Source: Gemmatimonadota bacterium (GTDB lineage: Bacteria; Gemmatimonadota; Gemmatimonadetes; Gemmatimonadales; GWC2-71-9). From it: a DNA stretch of 37,521 nt. The first letter of the stretch is position 1, and each line of letters begins with the position of its first letter. Of this stretch, positions 34,569-37,521 are shown piece by piece. The notes beneath the pieces were generated by a model that was not told where the DNA came from, searched no databases, and worked only from the letters and a program-made list of their open reading frames with translations. The stretch lies in the NCBI GenBank assembly GCA_040008015.1, contig JBDTTZ010000248.1, positions 1 to 37,521 on the forward strand, in the 5' to 3' direction. Position numbers and translations under genes: made by a program.

Positions 34569-36410
34569 ATGACCCCCGTTCGAGCCGGCTATGGCGCGAT
34601 GCTCCTGCTGTTCTTCACCGGAGCGCCGGGGAGGCCGGCGCCTTCGAGCAGCCTGCCGGAAGTCGTCGCCAATGACAATCGGCAGGCTGCCGGGCGCCTG
34701 GTTGGAGACACGCTCCACCTTTCCCTCGTCGTCGGGATGGCGACCTGGCACCCCCAGGCCCCCAACGGGCCATCGATCGAAGTTGCCGCATTTGCCGAAG
34801 AGGGGAAGCCGTTCCAGATACCGGGTCCGCTCATTCGGGTTCTTGAAGGGACTGTCCTCGATATCCAGATCCGGAACCAGCTGACCGATTCCACCCTGAC
34901 CATCGGCGGCATGGCGACCCGGCCCATGTCCCCCGAGGACACCCTCGTACTCGCCCCCGGAGCCAGCACCCGGATTCGGTTCCTGGCGGGGGCGCCAGGC
35001 ACGTATTTCTACTATGGCATCCTCGGCGTGCAGGACTCGATGGTCGAGCGGGAACAGCTCTCGGGCGCGCTCGTCGTGGACTCGGCGGGTGGCAAGGCCG
35101 ACGACCGGATTTTCGTCATGAACATCTGGGGCGACAAGCTGGACTCGACCCGGTACCACAATGCCCTCACCATCAACGGACGTTCCTTCCCCTGGAATGA
35201 GCGGATCACCACCACCATCGGTGATACCCTGCGCTGGCGCTGGATCAACGCGACCATTCGCCGGCACCCCATGCACCTGCACGGCTTCTACTTCCGGGTA
35301 GAAACCAGCGGGAACCTGTTTGCCGATACGGTGCTCGCCCCGCGCGACCGGCGCGAGGAAGTTACCGAGAGCATGGCGCCCGGCGGCACCATGAGCTTGG
35401 TGTGGTCTCCTGACCGGCCCGGCAACTGGCTGTTCCACTGTCACATCGGGTTTCACGTCGTGGCGGAGGATGCCACGCTATATCCGCCGCCGTATGAGGG
35501 TGAGCATCGATTTTCTAATGATATCGGCCATCACATGGCGGGCCTCGTGCTGGGGATCTCGGTGAAGGCGCCGGCCAGTTGGCGTCCCCCGCCGTCCGTG
35601 CCTCCGCAAGTGCTTCGCCTGCTGGTGCAGGAGGGACACAAGCGGTCGAAGGCACCCCGGGCGCTGGGGTACGTGCTGCAGCAGGGTGCCACGCCCCCGG
35701 CCAGCGACTCGATAGAGATTCCCGGCAGCGTGCTGGTGTTGACCCGGGGGCAGCCCGCCGAGATTACCGTCGTGAATCGACTGGCCGAGGCGACGTCAGT
35801 CCACTGGCATGGAATCGAGCTGGAGAGCTATTGGGACGGAGTGGTGGGGTGGAGCGGCGACTCGACACACCTGGCCCCGCGGATTGAGCCAGGCGATTCC
35901 TTCGTCGCCCACTTGCGACTTCCCCGGGCCGGTACGTTCATCTACCACACCCATCTCAACGATTTCGAGCAGTTCACCTCGGGGCTCTACGGCGCCATCG
36001 TGGTCCTGGAGCCGGGTCAGCGATTCAACCCGGAGACGGATCACGTCTTCGTCGTGGCATGGGACGGCCCCGCCGATCCCCCCGACCTCGTCGTAAACGG
36101 TACGGCGAACCCTGCGCCGCTGGTCCTCACTGCGGGGCGGGACCATCGGTTCCGCTTCATCAACATCGGAATGGCGGTACGCTTCCGGATCACGATGACC
36201 CGGGACTCGACGCTGCAGCGCTGGCGGCACGTCGCGAAGGACGGCGCCGACCTGATCGACGGCAACCGGACAGGGCCTGCCCAGTTTGTCATATCCGTTG
36301 GGGAGACCCAGGATGCGGTGTTTCGCCCCCTGGGCAGAGGGGTGTACCATCTCCAGTGGCGGGACAGCGATGACAACCTCATGCTTGACCAGGAACTCAT
36401 AGTCCGATAG
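34569..36410 (+). CDS. Multicopper oxidase family protein, four cupredoxin domains
   Basis: Motifs PGPLIRV, HPMHLHG, WLFHCHIGFH, second PG..L, SVHWHG and GTFIYHTH. Hydrophobic N-terminal signal. Start is ATG 34569; the upstream extension is repeat-derived. Confidence 0.88.
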   Translation: MTPVRAGYGAMLLLFFTGAPGRPAPSSSLPEVVANDNRQAAGRLVGDTLHLSLVVGMATWHPQAPNGPSIEVAAFAEEGKPFQIPGPLIRVLEGTVLDIQIRNQLTDSTLTIGGMATRPMSPEDTLVLAPGASTRIRFLAGAPGTYFYYGILGVQDSMVEREQLSGALVVDSAGGKADDRIFVMNIWGDKLDSTRYHNALTINGRSFPWNERITTTIGDTLRWRWINATIRRHPMHLHGFYFRVETSGNLFADTVLAPRDRREEVTESMAPGGTMSLVWSPDRPGNWLFHCHIGFHVVAEDATLYPPPYEGEHRFSNDIGHHMAGLVLGISVKAPASWRPPPSVPPQVLRLLVQEGHKRSKAPRALGYVLQQGATPPASDSIEIPGSVLVLTRGQPAEITVVNRLAEATSVHWHGIELESYWDGVVGWSGDSTHLAPRIEPGDSFVAHLRLPRAGTFIYHTHLNDFEQFTSGLYGAIVVLEPGQRFNPETDHVFVVAWDGPADPPDLVVNGTANPAPLVLTAGRDHRFRFINIGMAVRFRITMTRDSTLQRWRHVAKDGADLIDGNRTGPAQFVISVGETQDAVFRPLGRGVYHLQWRDSDDNLMLDQELIVR

Positions 36411-36418
36411 GAGACCTC

Positions 36419-36991
36419 ATGATCCGACGTCTTGCCTTTGTGGTCCTATTTGTTGTTCCGGCTGCCTGGGCGCAGGACCGCCCCGCCGCCACTCAGATCG
36501 CGGCCGCCGTTCTAGCACTGCCCGACAGCATGCGGGCGGGCGCCGGCGTACTCGGCTACCAGGGTGGCAAGCTGGTGGAGCTGCGTCGCGGAACCAATGA
36601 CATGATCTGCCTGGCCGACAACCCGGCGGACTCTACCTTCCAGGCCTCGTGCTATCACAAGTCGCTGGAGCCGTTCATGGCCCGGGGGCGTGCGCTCCGG
36701 GCGCAGGGCCTCAAACGCCAGGCCCTCGATTCCGCCCGGGCGGCGGAGGTGAAGAGCGGCGCGCTGGCGATGCCCGGCGGGCCTGCCGCGCTGTACTCCG
36801 TGTTCGGGAAGCAGGACGACTTTGACCCGGCCGGGGGAATGCCCGCGGGGTCCACCGCGCTCGACGTGATCTATTTGCCCTACGCAACCACGGCAACGAC
36901 CGGGATCTCGACCCAGCCTTCGGAGAAGAGCCCGTGGCTGATGCACCCCGGGGAGTATCGGGCCCACGTCATGATTCCGGTTCGCAACTAG
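36419..36991 (+). CDS. Secreted hypothetical protein
   Basis: GGAG SD and signal peptide MIRRLAFVVLFVVPAAWA. Features ICLAD...ASCY and PWLM.PG...AHVMI. Confidence 0.75.
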   Translation: MIRRLAFVVLFVVPAAWAQDRPAATQIAAAVLALPDSMRAGAGVLGYQGGKLVELRRGTNDMICLADNPADSTFQASCYHKSLEPFMARGRALRAQGLKRQALDSARAAEVKSGALAMPGGPAALYSVFGKQDDFDPAGGMPAGSTALDVIYLPYATTATTGISTQPSEKSPWLMHPGEYRAHVMIPVRN

Positions 36992-37327
36992 ATGCCACTG
37001 CCGAAATCGCTGGTCATCGCCGGCATCCGGGGCCACGTGGTCGCCCTGGATAAGACGACGGGCTCCGAAATCTGGAAGACCCGGCTCAAGGGTGCCGGAT
37101 TCGTGACCGTCGTGACGGACGGAGACCGGGTGTACGCCGCGACCGCGGGTGAGGTGTTCTGTCTGGATTCTTCGGGCGGCTCGGTTCTCTGGACCAACCG
37201 GATGCGAGGGTTGGGGGTGGGATTGGTAAGCCTGTTGGCCGGGACCGCCAGCGGCGATCCGGGGGTGCTCCTGGAAGCCCAGCGCCGGGCGGAGGCGCGA
37301 CGGAACGCGGCCGTGGCGGCAGGGTGA
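36992..37327 (+). CDS. Small PQQ-like beta-propeller repeat protein
   Basis: Two blade motifs, GHVVALDKTTGSEIW and GEVFCLDSSGGSVLW. Starts immediately after the previous stop. Confidence 0.75.
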   Translation: MPLPKSLVIAGIRGHVVALDKTTGSEIWKTRLKGAGFVTVVTDGDRVYAATAGEVFCLDSSGGSVLWTNRMRGLGVGLVSLLAGTASGDPGVLLEAQRRAEARRNAAVAAG

Positions 37328-37332
37328 GACTC

Positions 37333-37521
37333 ATGAAAGCACCCCCCGGTTTTGCCCTCGCGGCGGTGATTGTGCTGGGCCTTTCAGGCTGCGGCAAGGG
37401 CACCGGCTCGGAGCGGACCGACGGCCCTTCACAGGCAACCGTCCCCGCCGACGGGAAGGAATTCACCCTGCAGCAGGGCCAGTCGGTCCGGCTGGGTGGA
37501 ACCCGGTCCACCCTTCAATTC
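37333..37521 (+). CDS. Putative lipoprotein, 3'-truncated by the window
   Basis: MKAPPGFALAAVIVLGLSGC lipobox, then EFTLQQGQSVRL. Open to the window end. Confidence 0.65.
   Translation, partial: MKAPPGFALAAVIVLGLSGCGKGTGSERTDGPSQATVPADGKEFTLQQGQSVRLGGTRSTLQF

Overview
A GC-rich bacterial window in which every credible gene lies on the + strand. Gene order and protein style suggest Gemmatimonadota; this is an inference, not a tested assignment. (1) 1-10249 is a housekeeping backbone: the end of a formate-dehydrogenase Fe-S subunit gene, fdhD, sucCD, ndk, yceD/DUF177, rpmF, plsX, fabH, fabD, fabG, acpP and fabF. Many spacers carry small palindromic elements, mostly mirror-image tandem 7-10-mers, that often begin at the upstream stop codon. 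(2) 10343-33663 holds a HEAT-repeat lipoprotein gene followed by a ~22-kb surface-glycan island. It encodes one GT4, many GT2s, Wzm/Wzt, several SAM methyltransferase domains, a 1195-aa GT2 + NodS-like + NodB-like fusion, an SDR with FxxxK, polyprenol-P-sugar synthase-like GT2s (one degenerate), a GT-C, and a membrane protein with tandem CBM-like domains. The island also contains a ~230-bp collapsed scar of a second, synonymously diverged copy of a 4.5-kb downstream block, and a decayed Trm112-methyltransferase gene. (3) 33820-37521 encodes envelope proteins: an unlisted, probably leaderless 55-aa membrane peptide, lipoproteins, a four-domain multicopper oxidase with copper motifs in reversed order, and a small PQQ-repeat protein. 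No rRNA, tRNA, CRISPR array, transposase or integrase was seen.
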